Shown here in pieces: positions 25,028 to 34,139 of a DNA stretch of 46,250 nucleotides. This DNA is from Candidatus Kaiserbacteria bacterium (GTDB lineage: Bacteria > Patescibacteriota > Minisyncoccia > Phycocordibacterales > Phycocordibacteraceae). The DNA lies in assembly GCA_027451665.1 (NCBI GenBank), contig DAIDIW010000002.1, positions 1-46,250 on the forward strand. Direction: 5' to 3'. Position 1 is the first letter of the stretch. The number at the start of each line of letters is the position of its first letter. The notes below the pieces were generated by a model. It was not told the DNA's origin and made no database searches. It saw only the letters and a list, made by a program, of their open reading frames with translations. Made by a program: the position numbers and the translations under genes.

Positions 25028-25717
25028 ATGCCGGATTTCGCCGCATTCGCGTCTATGATAGGGGCCTCTTTCAATGATCTCGGGCTCCTCGCCGAGGCGC
25101 TTACGCATCGCTCATACCTGAATGAGCACCGTGAGCATGCGGGCAATCACAACGAGCGTCTTGAATTTTTGGGCGATGCGGTGCTCGAGCTCGCGTCGAC
25201 GCGCTTCCTTTTCGATAAGTATCCGCATAAGCCGGAGGGTGAGCTGACGGCGTATCGAGCGGCCTTGGTGAACACGGTCTCGCTCGCGGAAAGCGCGCAG
25301 AAGCTCGACCTCGGCTCGTATCTCTTGCTCTCGAAGGGCGAGGCGCGCGATACCGGCCGCGCGCGCGACGTCATCCTCGCTGACGCATTCGAGGCGGTTA
25401 TCGGTGCGATCTATCTCGACCAGGGGTACGAAGCGGCAGAACGATTCATTGCGAGTCAGCTCTACGGCAAGATCGACGACGTCATTCGCGAGCGAGCCTG
25501 GCAGGATGCAAAGAGCCGTTTCCAGGAAGTTGCGCAAGACCGGAAAGGGATCACACCGCGCTATCAGCTCTTGGACGAAGTGGGTCCTGACCATGCGCGT
25601 ACGTTCACTGTCGGCGTCTATCTCGATGAACGCGAGATGGGCCGCGGCGAGGGGAAGAGCAAGCAAGAGGCGGAGCAAGATGCCGCGAAGGACGCGCTTC
25701 GCAAGACAGGCTGGTAG
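25028..25717 (+). CDS. rnc: Ribonuclease III
   Basis: ALTHRSY, HNERLEFLGDAVL, ADAFEAVIGAIYLDQG, dsRBD with GPDH and GKSKQEAEQDAA. Confidence 0.97.
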   Translation: MPDFAAFASMIGASFNDLGLLAEALTHRSYLNEHREHAGNHNERLEFLGDAVLELASTRFLFDKYPHKPEGELTAYRAALVNTVSLAESAQKLDLGSYLLLSKGEARDTGRARDVILADAFEAVIGAIYLDQGYEAAERFIASQLYGKIDDVIRERAWQDAKSRFQEVAQDRKGITPRYQLLDEVGPDHARTFTVGVYLDEREMGRGEGKSKQEAEQDAAKDALRKTGW

Positions 25718-25740
25718 GGATTAGTGTATACATACGCGAT

Positions 25741-26079
25741 ATGGCACAGATACCAGAAAATATGGTGACCCAGGCGTTCGATTTGCCGGGCTATCGCATC
25801 GTTACGAATCACGGCGTGGTGCGGGGCATCGTCGTGCGCTCGCGCAACCTCATCGTGAACATAGGCGCGGGGCTCCAGACCTTGGTGGGCGGCAATATCA
25901 CCGCCTACACGAACCTCTGCGAGCGCACGCGCACCGAATCGTTCGAGAAGATGCTCGACCATGCTGCGCAGCTGGGTGCCAACGCCGTCATCGGTGCGCG
26001 CTATGACGCGAACGACGTCGCTGCGGGCGTGACCGAGGTACTCGCGTACGGTACCGCCGTGACGGTAGAGGAGATTTAG
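25741..26079 (+). CDS. YbjQ / UPF0145 family protein
   Basis: GVVRGIVVRSRN, LQTLVGGNITAY, LGANAVIGARYD, EVLAYGTAV. Confidence 0.9.
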   Translation: MAQIPENMVTQAFDLPGYRIVTNHGVVRGIVVRSRNLIVNIGAGLQTLVGGNITAYTNLCERTRTESFEKMLDHAAQLGANAVIGARYDANDVAAGVTEVLAYGTAVTVEEI

Positions 26080-26087
26080 CGAGTCCG

Positions 26088-26119
26088 CAAACGCCCGCGG
26101 CCTTGGCCGCGGGCGTTTG
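26088..26119. repeat. REP-like palindromic hairpin, copy 2
   Basis: caaacgcccgcggc-cttg-gccgcgggcgtttg; the 20-nt core matches copy 1 at 19/20. Confidence 0.7.
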
Positions 26120-26178
26120 ACTTTGCTAAGGGTGAGGCGCAGAGTTTCAGGAGCCGCTGTTATTTGGAGGATAAGACG

Positions 26179-27087
26179 ATGGTTATCACTGAACGAGAAG
26201 GTTCATCCCGGACGATTGCCGCCGCAGGATCCGGGGTGGTCGACTTCAAATGGAGTGATGGATGGTCGGTGTTCGATGTCGGCAGGAGTCCGCAGCCCAT
26301 TCCTGGCTTCGGTGTATGCCGCACCGCGTGCGCAGTAGAATCATTTCGCCTGCTCCAGCGTGCTGGCATCCCTACGCCGTACATGAAAAGGATAGACGAA
26401 CGCACTGTCCGCGTCCGCGAGTTCCAGGTCCCCGGTCATGAGCCGCTTTCCGGCAAGGCAGAAGGGCTTGTGCTGCCGCTCGAATGGCTCTTCCGCTACG
26501 AGATCGGTGAGAAGTTTCGGAACCGGGTCCGCAAGGGCGAGATCTCACTCGACGCGCTCGGCCTTCCGCCAGGGACCGACATCAATACGGTGATAAAGTT
26601 GCCGCGCATCTTCGTCGAATGCTCGACGAAGTTCGAACGGCGCGACCGGTATCTGTCCGACGAGGAAGCGCGAAAGAAGGCGGATCTCGATGAGGGGGCT
26701 TGGATGGTCGCGCGCGCCTGTGTAGTGCGCGCCGCATTCATTCTGCAGCAAGAACTCAATCGCTGCGGATACGACCTGCTCGACGGAAAGTTCGAGCTCG
26801 GCCGGACATGGGACGGGCGCATCATGCTCGTCGATGTCGCCGGTTCGCCGGACGAGATTCGTGCGCGTAAGCGCGTGGATGGTCGGCTCTACTGCAAGGA
26901 GCCGCTGCGCGAATACCTCGAGACGCTGCCATGGCGCGAAGAGCTGCGGATTGCACAGGGCGCATATCCGGACGACTCGTCTCACTGGCCGTCGTATCCG
27001 GTCTTGCCGGACGATATCGTCGATTACCTTTCGGATCTGTACCGCGAGTTTACCCTGGATTACACGGGGAAACGCGTCGAGGCCTGA
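26179..27087 (+). CDS. Divergent SAICAR synthetase (PurC)-like protein
   Basis: FKWSDGWSVFD, AGIPTPY, LPLEWLFR, CSTKFERRDRYLS, LDGKFELG, DVAGSPDEIR, KEPLREY; SD ggagg 8 nt before ATG 26179. Confidence 0.75.
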   Translation: MVITEREGSSRTIAAAGSGVVDFKWSDGWSVFDVGRSPQPIPGFGVCRTACAVESFRLLQRAGIPTPYMKRIDERTVRVREFQVPGHEPLSGKAEGLVLPLEWLFRYEIGEKFRNRVRKGEISLDALGLPPGTDINTVIKLPRIFVECSTKFERRDRYLSDEEARKKADLDEGAWMVARACVVRAAFILQQELNRCGYDLLDGKFELGRTWDGRIMLVDVAGSPDEIRARKRVDGRLYCKEPLREYLETLPWREELRIAQGAYPDDSSHWPSYPVLPDDIVDYLSDLYREFTLDYTGKRVEA

Positions 27088-27114
27088 GGGGCCGTCGCCA
27101 TACACAAAGAACTT

Positions 27115-27146
27115 GCCGCAGGCTCCCAAGCCTGCGGCGTTTTCTT
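27115..27146 (+). terminator. Intrinsic terminator after the purC-like gene, directly upstream of the smc -10 box TATACT (27148-27153)
   Basis: gccgcaggct-ccca-agcctgcggc-gttttctt. Confidence 0.7.
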
Positions 27147-27161
27147 GTATACTTGCCATAA

Positions 27162-29360
27162 ATGCTGAAGCGGCTTGAAATCGCCGGGTTCAAATCCTTC
27201 GCCAAGAAGACCGTCTTGGACTTTTCGACCGCGACCACTGCAATCGTGGGGCCGAACGGTTCCGGTAAATCGAACGTAGCCGAGGCGTTCCGTTTCGCGC
27301 TCGGCGAGCAGTCCATGAAGAGCATGCGCGGGAAGCGCGCCGAAGACCTCATTTGGGGCGGTTCGCACACGAATCCGCGCGCGAACCGCGCGGGGGTCGC
27401 CATCGTCTTCGATAATACGAAGCGCATCTTCAAGATCGATTTCGATGAGGTGGTCATCGAGCGCGTCGTCTTCCGGGACGGCTCGAGCGAGTATTCCATA
27501 AACGGTTCCCGCGTCCGCTTGCGCGACGTAGCGGAGCTTCTCGCGAGCGCGAATATCGGCGAGACCGGTCACCACATCATCTCGCAAGGGGAGGCGGACC
27601 GTATTCTGCTCTCGTCCTCGCGCGAGCGCCGCGCGATGCTCGAGGACGCGCTCGGGCTCAAGATCTATGAATTCAAGAAGACCGAAGCGGAACGGAAGCT
27701 CGAGAAGACGGAGGAGAACATTCAGCAGGTAAATAGCTTGCGGCGAGAGCTCGCCCCGCATCTGCGCTTCCTCGAGAAGCAGGTCGAGAAGCTCGAACGC
27801 GCGGAGGAGCTTCGGACGGAACTCGTCTCGCTAGCGCAGACCTATTTTGCGATCGAGGACGGCTATCTCGAGCGCGAGAAGCGCGCGCTCGGCGAGGCGA
27901 AATCGCGCGCGACGGAGCGCTTCACGGCGGCGAGCGCCGAGCTCGTCGAGATTGAAGAGCGTGCAACTACCGATGTCGAAGGGACGAAGCGTCTCGCGAG
28001 CGTGCGGGAGGCTGAGAAGCGCATCGACGCGTTCACGGCGGAGAAGAGCGCGCTCGCGCGCGAGATGGGCAGAGTCGAAGGAGGACTCGCTGCTGCGAAG
28101 GATCGCAGCGCAAGAGCGGCACGCGAACCGTACGCAAAGGTGCCTCGCGAGGATCTCACCTCGCTTGCCGAAGAGATCGAAAGGCAGACGAAGGGAGCGA
28201 CGGCTCCTGAGGCAGCGCTCGCCGCGCTTGCAGCAATCCGTACCGCGGTCCGCGCCTTTGTCGAGCGCTATGTCGGGCACCGGGATGATCTTCTCGAAGA
28301 GGAAGAGCGCCTTGTCTACGCTCTTGAGCACGAACGGGATCAGCTCGCCGCTAAAGACCGCGAGCTCTCTGTACGTCTCGAGGATGCGCGCGCAGCGCTT
28401 TCGCGCGCGAGAGAGGCGCTTACCGCCCATGATGAGACCGGAAAGGAATTGCGCCGCCGAATCCTTGACCTTGCGCAGAAGAAGGCGCACGAGGAGGGCG
28501 AGATCGCTCGCCTCGAAGCCCGCGAGCGAGAACTGCATCTCTTGCGTGAGGCGCTTGAGCGCCAGAAGGGAGAGACGCTCTCGGTCGCGGGTACGGGAGC
28601 CGTCACGTATGCGCCGCTCAACTCGCTCCCAGACGAACCCCGTACGGTCCAAGAAGACCGTTTGCGGCAGCTCGAGCGGATGAAGATCCGGCTTGAAGAG
28701 GCTGGCGGAACGGGCGAGGATATCCGTGCCGAGTTCAAGGAGATTTCCGAACGGGAAGCATTCCTCGGCCGCGAGCTCGACGATCTTGATCATTCCGCGG
28801 CAGGCTTGAGGCAGCTCATAGACGACTTGAATGCCGAGCTTGCGAAGCATTTTGCGGATGGCCTTGCGAAGGTGAATGCTGCGTTCAGCGAATACTTCGC
28901 GCTTATGTTCGGCGGTGGCGCAGCGCGCCTCTCGCTCGAAGAGCCCGAAGAGGAAGGGGGAGAGGAAGAAGAAGCTGAGGACGACCTTGCGCAGCCCCAG
29001 AAGAAGCAGGGAATAGAGATCGCGGTGAACCTGCCGAGAAAAAAGGTGAAAAGCCTCATGCAGCTCTCGGGCGGAGAACGCGCGCTCACCTCGATTGCGC
29101 TCATCTTCGCGATGAGTCAGGTAAACCCTCCGCCGTTCCTTATCCTCGACGAGACTGACGCCGCGCTCGACGAGGCGAACTCACGGCGCTACGGCGACAT
29201 GATTGAGAACCTCGCGAGGAAGTCCCAGCTCATTGTCATTACGCATAACCGCGAGACCATGAGTCGCGCCGGCATCCTCTACGGCGTCACGATGGGGAAC
29301 GACGGCGTTTCGAAGCTCCTCTCGGTCAAGTTTGAAGAAGCCGTTCAAGTTGCAAAATAA
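27162..29360 (+). CDS. smc: Short SMC-family ATPase (732 aa)
   Basis: LKRLEIAGFKSF, GPNGSGKSN, ISQGE (Q-loop), LSGGE, LILDETDAALDEAN, VITHN; short coiled coil. Confidence 0.88.
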   Translation: MLKRLEIAGFKSFAKKTVLDFSTATTAIVGPNGSGKSNVAEAFRFALGEQSMKSMRGKRAEDLIWGGSHTNPRANRAGVAIVFDNTKRIFKIDFDEVVIERVVFRDGSSEYSINGSRVRLRDVAELLASANIGETGHHIISQGEADRILLSSSRERRAMLEDALGLKIYEFKKTEAERKLEKTEENIQQVNSLRRELAPHLRFLEKQVEKLERAEELRTELVSLAQTYFAIEDGYLEREKRALGEAKSRATERFTAASAELVEIEERATTDVEGTKRLASVREAEKRIDAFTAEKSALAREMGRVEGGLAAAKDRSARAAREPYAKVPREDLTSLAEEIERQTKGATAPEAALAALAAIRTAVRAFVERYVGHRDDLLEEEERLVYALEHERDQLAAKDRELSVRLEDARAALSRAREALTAHDETGKELRRRILDLAQKKAHEEGEIARLEARERELHLLREALERQKGETLSVAGTGAVTYAPLNSLPDEPRTVQEDRLRQLERMKIRLEEAGGTGEDIRAEFKEISEREAFLGRELDDLDHSAAGLRQLIDDLNAELAKHFADGLAKVNAAFSEYFALMFGGGAARLSLEEPEEEGGEEEEAEDDLAQPQKKQGIEIAVNLPRKKVKSLMQLSGGERALTSIALIFAMSQVNPPPFLILDETDAALDEANSRRYGDMIENLARKSQLIVITHNRETMSRAGILYGVTMGNDGVSKLLSVKFEEAVQVAK

Positions 29361-29486
29361 TACGGATTTTCCTGCAGGCGCTCGGCCGGCGCGATTGTGT
29401 GACGAAGAGCCGGCGCGCCAGCCGGCTCGCCGCTGCACGTTTTTGCCGCGCGGGGCGTACTATAGAGCGAACCCTAACTTTCCCTT

Positions 29487-30716
29487 ATGGCTGCATTCGA
29501 GCATTTCAAGGAGCACGTAGATTCTGCCGCCCGCTTACTCGGACTTTCTGACACGGAGCGACAGGCGCTCGAAAAGCCTGACCGCGTGCTGCGCGCGGAT
29601 CTCTCCGTAGCGCTGGACGATGGAAACACGGAAACCTTCCCCGCGTATCGCGTGCAATTCAATAACGCACGCGGACCCTACAAGGGTGGCATACGCTTCC
29701 ATCCTGAAGCGGACGAGGACGAGGTCTCTGCGCTTGCGGCAATGATGGCGGTGAAGTGCGCGGTGGTGGGCATCCCGTTCGGAGGCGCCAAAGGAGGCGT
29801 TACCGTAGACCCTAAGAAGCTCTCGGCGGGCGAGCGCGACAGGCTCGCCCGCGCGTATGCGCGCGCATTCGCGGATCATCTCGGTCCGGACAGCGATATT
29901 CCGGCCCCGGACGTCTACACGACGAGTGAGACCATGGCGTCGATGCTCGACGAGTACGAGCGGCTCATCGGGAAGAGCGCGCCCGCGATGATCACCGGGA
30001 AGCCGCTCTCCCTGGGCGGCAGCCTCGGCCGTGACACCGCGACTGCCGATGGCGCGATCGCCGTGCTTGAGGCGCTCCTGGAAGACGAACAGCTCGATGC
30101 GGCGTCGCTTTCGGCTGCCGTGCAAGGCGCGGGCAATGCCGGCGCGCACGCCGCACGCCGTCTCGCGCATATGGGCATGAATATCGTCGCACTCTCCGAT
30201 TCGTCGGGGACGCTCCTCTCCCCCGAGGGGATCGAGGTGGAAGCGGCGCTTGCTGGGAAGCAGGCTCATAAGGAATTCGCGGCGTGGGGCGAGGTTGCAG
30301 GCGTTGAGAAGGTCATGGAGACGGAAGCGGGCCTCTTCGTACCCGCGGCGCTTGAGGAACAGCTCACGAAGGATACGGTCGAGGCGTTGCGCGCGAAGTA
30401 TGTGCTCGAGATCGCGAACGGTCCGACGACACCGGAGGCCGATCGTGCGCTTTTTGCGCGCGGCGCCACCGTCATACCTGACGTACTTGCGAACGCGGGC
30501 GGCGTCACCGTCTCGTATTTCGAGTGGATCCAGGGACGCACCGGCGAACGCTGGGAACTCAATCGCGTGAGCGCTGCGCTTTCACGAACGATGCAGAGCG
30601 CGTACCGCGAGGTCGCTGATATCGCGCGCGCGCGCAGCGTATCATTGCGCGACGCGGCGTACGTCCTCGCTCTGGGCCGCCTCACAGACGCGATGCGCGC
30701 GCGCGGCCGCTGCTAG
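29487..30716 (+). CDS. gdhA: Glu/Leu/Phe/Val dehydrogenase (glutamate dehydrogenase-like)
   Basis: RVQFNNARGPYKGGIRFHP, GGAKGG, DIPAPDV, ITGKP, GAGNAG, EIANGPTT, PDVLANAGGVTVSYFEW. Confidence 0.92.
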   Translation: MAAFEHFKEHVDSAARLLGLSDTERQALEKPDRVLRADLSVALDDGNTETFPAYRVQFNNARGPYKGGIRFHPEADEDEVSALAAMMAVKCAVVGIPFGGAKGGVTVDPKKLSAGERDRLARAYARAFADHLGPDSDIPAPDVYTTSETMASMLDEYERLIGKSAPAMITGKPLSLGGSLGRDTATADGAIAVLEALLEDEQLDAASLSAAVQGAGNAGAHAARRLAHMGMNIVALSDSSGTLLSPEGIEVEAALAGKQAHKEFAAWGEVAGVEKVMETEAGLFVPAALEEQLTKDTVEALRAKYVLEIANGPTTPEADRALFARGATVIPDVLANAGGVTVSYFEWIQGRTGERWELNRVSAALSRTMQSAYREVADIARARSVSLRDAAYVLALGRLTDAMRARGRC

Positions 30717-30731
30717 GATCGCCCGTAGGAA

Positions 30732-30767
30732 GAACCTCCGCGCTGAATTTCCTCAGCGCGGGGGTTC
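30732..30767. terminator. Hairpin downstream of gdhA
   Basis: gaacctccgcgctga/tcagcgcgggggttc. Confidence 0.6.
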
Positions 30768-31041
30768 GACGCAAGTTGCTGCAATCCGGACATCTCGTAA
30801 TCGAGAAGAAGCTGATCGCTTGGCGCGAACGGGAGCCTGGCGAGCTTGCCGGTCCTCTCGGCGAACCGTATGGCGCGCAAACGGAGGACTGGGTCACGAA
30901 AGCGGTGCTACAGAATCTTAAGCGTCGTCCGCAGCGGGTTAAAAAGCGGCCGCGCAGAGAGGCCTCCGGCAACCGATCGTTGCATGAAATCCACTCCTCG
31001 CGTTTTAGGGAGGTTGTAGCGCACGAACCGGCCTCGTGCAG

Positions 31042-32991
31042 CTACACCGGTACGAAATCGAGCTCCTTGTCCGCGACGCGTGCCGCCTCAAGGCGCACCT
31101 TGATAGGATCCCCGAGCTGATACACGGCGCCGGTTTTCTTGCCTACAAGCCGGAAACGCTTCTCGTCGAATTCGAAATAGTCGTTGCCGATATCCTTGAT
31201 GCGAATCATACCGTCGGCGTGCGTCTCGCGCTCTTCCACATAGAGACCGCGATCGGTCACTCCGGAGATGACGGCGTCGAAGACTTCGCCGATGCGCGGC
31301 GCGAGGAATTCGACTTGCTTCATTTTGATGCTGTCGCGCTCGGCGTCTGCGGCCGCTACCTCGCGTTCGGAGGAATGCCGCGCAATCTCGTCGAACTCGG
31401 CCATCTCCTTCTTCGTGACGTTCTCGCCGCCCGCGTGGCTCTTCACGAGCCGGTGGATGATGAGATCGGGATATCGCCGGATCGGGGACGTGAAATGCGT
31501 GTAGTAATCGAACGCGAGGCCGAAATGCCCGATGTTCTTCGTCGCATAGGTCGCCTTAGCCATCGAACGCAGGATAGCCGTCTTCACGAGATACTCTTCC
31601 GGCGTGTGCTTCACCTCATCGAGCACGCGGTTCAGTTCCGCTCCGGATACCGACCCGCTTGCTGCTTTCAGGTGGTAGCCCATGACCTGCAGGAGGTGGG
31701 CCAAGGTTGCGATACGGTCGGCATCCGGGGTGTCGTGGATGCGGTAGAGCGTCTCGAAATGCGGGCCTCCGTTAGCGGTCAGCTTCGAGAGATACTCCGC
31801 GACGTTTTCGTTCGCGAGCAGCATGAAATCCTCGATCATGAGATTCGTCGCCTTGCGCTCCTTGAGATGGATTGCGACCGGATTGCCCGTCTCGTCGAGT
31901 TCGACCTTCACCTCCGGCGTATCGAATTCGATCGCGCCCTTTTGCTGCCGGCGCGCTCGGATCCGCATTGAGAGGTCGAGGAGAATCGCGAGCTCGCCGT
32001 GAAGGTCGCCGTGTCCGGAATCCAAGGTTTCCTGCGCATCCTCGTAGGTATAGCGACGGTCGCTATGGATAACCGTCTCACCGAACCACGTGTCGATGAC
32101 GTTTGCCTTCTCATCGAGCGTGAAGACTGCCGAGACCGCAAGCCGGTCCTCGCCTTGCACGAGGGAACAGAGGTTATTCGAAAGCACTTCGGGGAGCATC
32201 GGGATGGTGCGATCCACGAGATACACCGAGGTCGCGCGTTCGCGCGCTTCACGATCGAAGGCGTCGTCGGGCTTCACGAAGAAGGAGACGTCGGCGATGT
32301 GAATGCCGATCTCGTAGTGCCCGTCATCGAGTTTCTTTACCGAGAGCGCATCATCGAAATCTTTCGCATCGACGGGATCGATCGTGCAGGTGGGACGATC
32401 GCGGAAATCCCGCCGCGGGCTCGACCCCAGGCGCCCCACCTCCGCTTCGATGAGATTCTTGCCCGTACGTTCGTAGCGTTGCGCTTCCGTCTCGACGCCG
32501 GGAGGGAAGTCGCTCGCAAAACCTTGGTCGAGCGCGAGAGCACGCATCTCGGTCTCATGGATGCCGGCCTTGCCGATTATTTCCTCGACGTCGCCCCAGG
32601 GTGCGGCAGCGTCTTCCGGCCAGCCCTTTACCCGTACAAGCACCTTGTAGCCGGGCTCGGCACCCCGCGCTTCCTTCACGGATATCGGGAGATGCATCCG
32701 CTTGTAGTCGGGCTCGATGAAGAGTCCATGCTCATCCTGTTCCAGCGTGCCCACGAAGGTCTCGCGAGCGCGCTTCACGATCTCGATGACCCTTCCGCTC
32801 TCGCGTGGCGGCATGCGGTTCAGAGGGTCACGGTACAGGCCGACCGGTACGACTTTCACGAGGTCGCCATGGAGCGCATGGAGGGTGTGCTCGGGCGGAA
32901 TCAGGAGATCTTCCGCCTCGTCGCCTCTCTTGAAGAAACCGATGCCTTTACGGGTTATCGTGATGGGCCCTTCGTACGTCGCTTCCGTCAT
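31042..32991 (-). CDS. rnr: Ribonuclease R (RNB family) with S1 domain
   Basis: TIDPVDAKDFDDALS, IHIADVS, RATSVYL, LIEDFMLLANE, HFGLA, YTHFTSPIRRYPDL. Start moved to ATG 32991 (TGCTAGAGT 7 nt upstream). Confidence 0.95.
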   Translation of the reverse strand: MTEATYEGPITITRKGIGFFKRGDEAEDLLIPPEHTLHALHGDLVKVVPVGLYRDPLNRMPPRESGRVIEIVKRARETFVGTLEQDEHGLFIEPDYKRMHLPISVKEARGAEPGYKVLVRVKGWPEDAAAPWGDVEEIIGKAGIHETEMRALALDQGFASDFPPGVETEAQRYERTGKNLIEAEVGRLGSSPRRDFRDRPTCTIDPVDAKDFDDALSVKKLDDGHYEIGIHIADVSFFVKPDDAFDREARERATSVYLVDRTIPMLPEVLSNNLCSLVQGEDRLAVSAVFTLDEKANVIDTWFGETVIHSDRRYTYEDAQETLDSGHGDLHGELAILLDLSMRIRARRQQKGAIEFDTPEVKVELDETGNPVAIHLKERKATNLMIEDFMLLANENVAEYLSKLTANGGPHFETLYRIHDTPDADRIATLAHLLQVMGYHLKAASGSVSGAELNRVLDEVKHTPEEYLVKTAILRSMAKATYATKNIGHFGLAFDYYTHFTSPIRRYPDLIIHRLVKSHAGGENVTKKEMAEFDEIARHSSEREVAAADAERDSIKMKQVEFLAPRIGEVFDAVISGVTDRGLYVEERETHADGMIRIKDIGNDYFEFDEKRFRLVGKKTGAVYQLGDPIKVRLEAARVADKELDFVPV

Positions 32992-33036
32992 GCGTCCCAC
33001 TCTAGCAGATACGGTTCGGTTTGCTATGCTTAGGAC

Positions 33037-33142
33037 GTCAGGAGCTTTCTTCAGCCTGGCCAATCCGGAGGCGCAGCGCCCCCTGCGCCTCCGTTCTGAG
33101 ATGGAGCTTCACTTAGGCCCGCGCTACGCGGGCCTCTTTTTA
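33037..33142 (+). ncRNA. Candidate ~105-nt small RNA
   Basis: TGCTATGCT promoter (33022-33030), 11-bp hairpin 33066-33093, terminator aggcccgcg/cgcgggcct + ctttttattt (33115-33145). Confidence 0.4.
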
Positions 33143-33211
33143 TTTATTATGGCGGACTCGGCCCCTACGCATTGCGGTTTACCACTCGGTCTGGTATGGT
33201 TACGCCCACAT

Positions 33212-33628
33212 ATGTTGATGATCCGTTTCCAGCGCATCGGCCGGACCAATGATCCGGCGTTCCGCATTTCTCTCCTCGAGAAGCATCGTGCCGCCAAAAG
33301 CGGCAGCGTGATCGAGCAGCTCGGCTCGTATAACCCGAAGACCAAGGCTTTCTCGGTTGACGAGGCGCGCGTGAAGGAGCTCATCGGTAACGGTGCCCAG
33401 CCGACTGACACGGTACGGAATCTCTTCATCGCCAAGGGCATCATTGAGGGCAAGAAGGTGAATGCACTCCCGAAGAAGACTGCGCCGAAGAAGGAGGAGG
33501 AGCCGGCTGCCGGGGCCGCCGCCGCACCGGCTGCCGAGCCGACGGAGGCCGAGGTCGCTGCCGACGCCGCGCCCGCAGAAGACGTTCCGGCAGAAGAGCC
33601 GAAGACGGACGAGACGCTCGTTGCATAA
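33212..33628 (+). CDS. rpsP: 30S ribosomal protein S16 with Ala/Glu/Pro-rich tail
   Basis: MLMIRFQRIGRTNDPAFRI, IEQLGSYNP, GAQPTDTVRNL; TGGTATGGT promoter at 33192-33200. Confidence 0.95.
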   Translation: MLMIRFQRIGRTNDPAFRISLLEKHRAAKSGSVIEQLGSYNPKTKAFSVDEARVKELIGNGAQPTDTVRNLFIAKGIIEGKKVNALPKKTAPKKEEEPAAGAAAAPAAEPTEAEVAADAAPAEDVPAEEPKTDETLVA

Positions 33629-33714
33629 AATCGCACGGGCACCTCTAGGCGCCGGTGCTATCATCGGTAGGTCAAGGACGCGTTTCCTTTATCCGCTATT
33701 TCCGTACCGCTGTT

Positions 33715-34014
33715 ATGGAAGCTGACCAAGCATTTCTCGAATACGCCGTAAAAGCGCTCGTCGACCATCCGGAATCGGTGGAGACGAGCCGCACCATCGA
33801 TCCGATGGGCGTGCTGCTCACGCTTACCGTGAATCCGGAAGACATGGGCAAGATCATCGGGAAGAACGGTAAGACCGCCGAGGCGCTCCGCATCCTTCTG
33901 CGCATCGTCGGCATGAAGAACAACGCACGCGTGAATCTGAAGATAAACGAGCCGGTGGGCGGCAAGCGCGAGCAGGAGTTCCATTCCGTCGACGAGGCGG
34001 TCGATAACCTTTAA
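33715..34014 (+). CDS. khpA: KH-domain RNA-binding protein (KhpA/YlqC family)
   Basis: VKALVDHPE.V, LTVNPEDMGKIIGKNGKTAEALR; follows rpsP as is usual for this family. Confidence 0.9.
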   Translation: MEADQAFLEYAVKALVDHPESVETSRTIDPMGVLLTLTVNPEDMGKIIGKNGKTAEALRILLRIVGMKNNARVNLKINEPVGGKREQEFHSVDEAVDNL

Positions 34015-34024
34015 TGTAATGGGA

Positions 34025-34139
34025 GCGTTCAAAAGTCTCCTCTGCGGCGTTGCGCGTTCCGGTGCTCGCTCATCGTTCGCTTCAGTACGGCTCTCTTCGC
34101 TCCTCACGCACGCCTTGCATCTGAGTCCTTTTGAATCGC
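34025..34139. mobile_element. MITE/REP-like non-coding element, copy A
   Basis: Terminal IR gcgttcaaaag/cttttgaatcgc; internal blocks gcgttgcgc, agtacggctc and cgccttgcatct are shared with 42049-42165. Confidence 0.6.

Noticed and set aside
30776-31120. 114-aa plus-strand ORF after gdhA
   Set aside because: TTG start without SD or promoter, overlaps the rnr 3' end, and is the codon-aligned complement of the SD-led minus frame.
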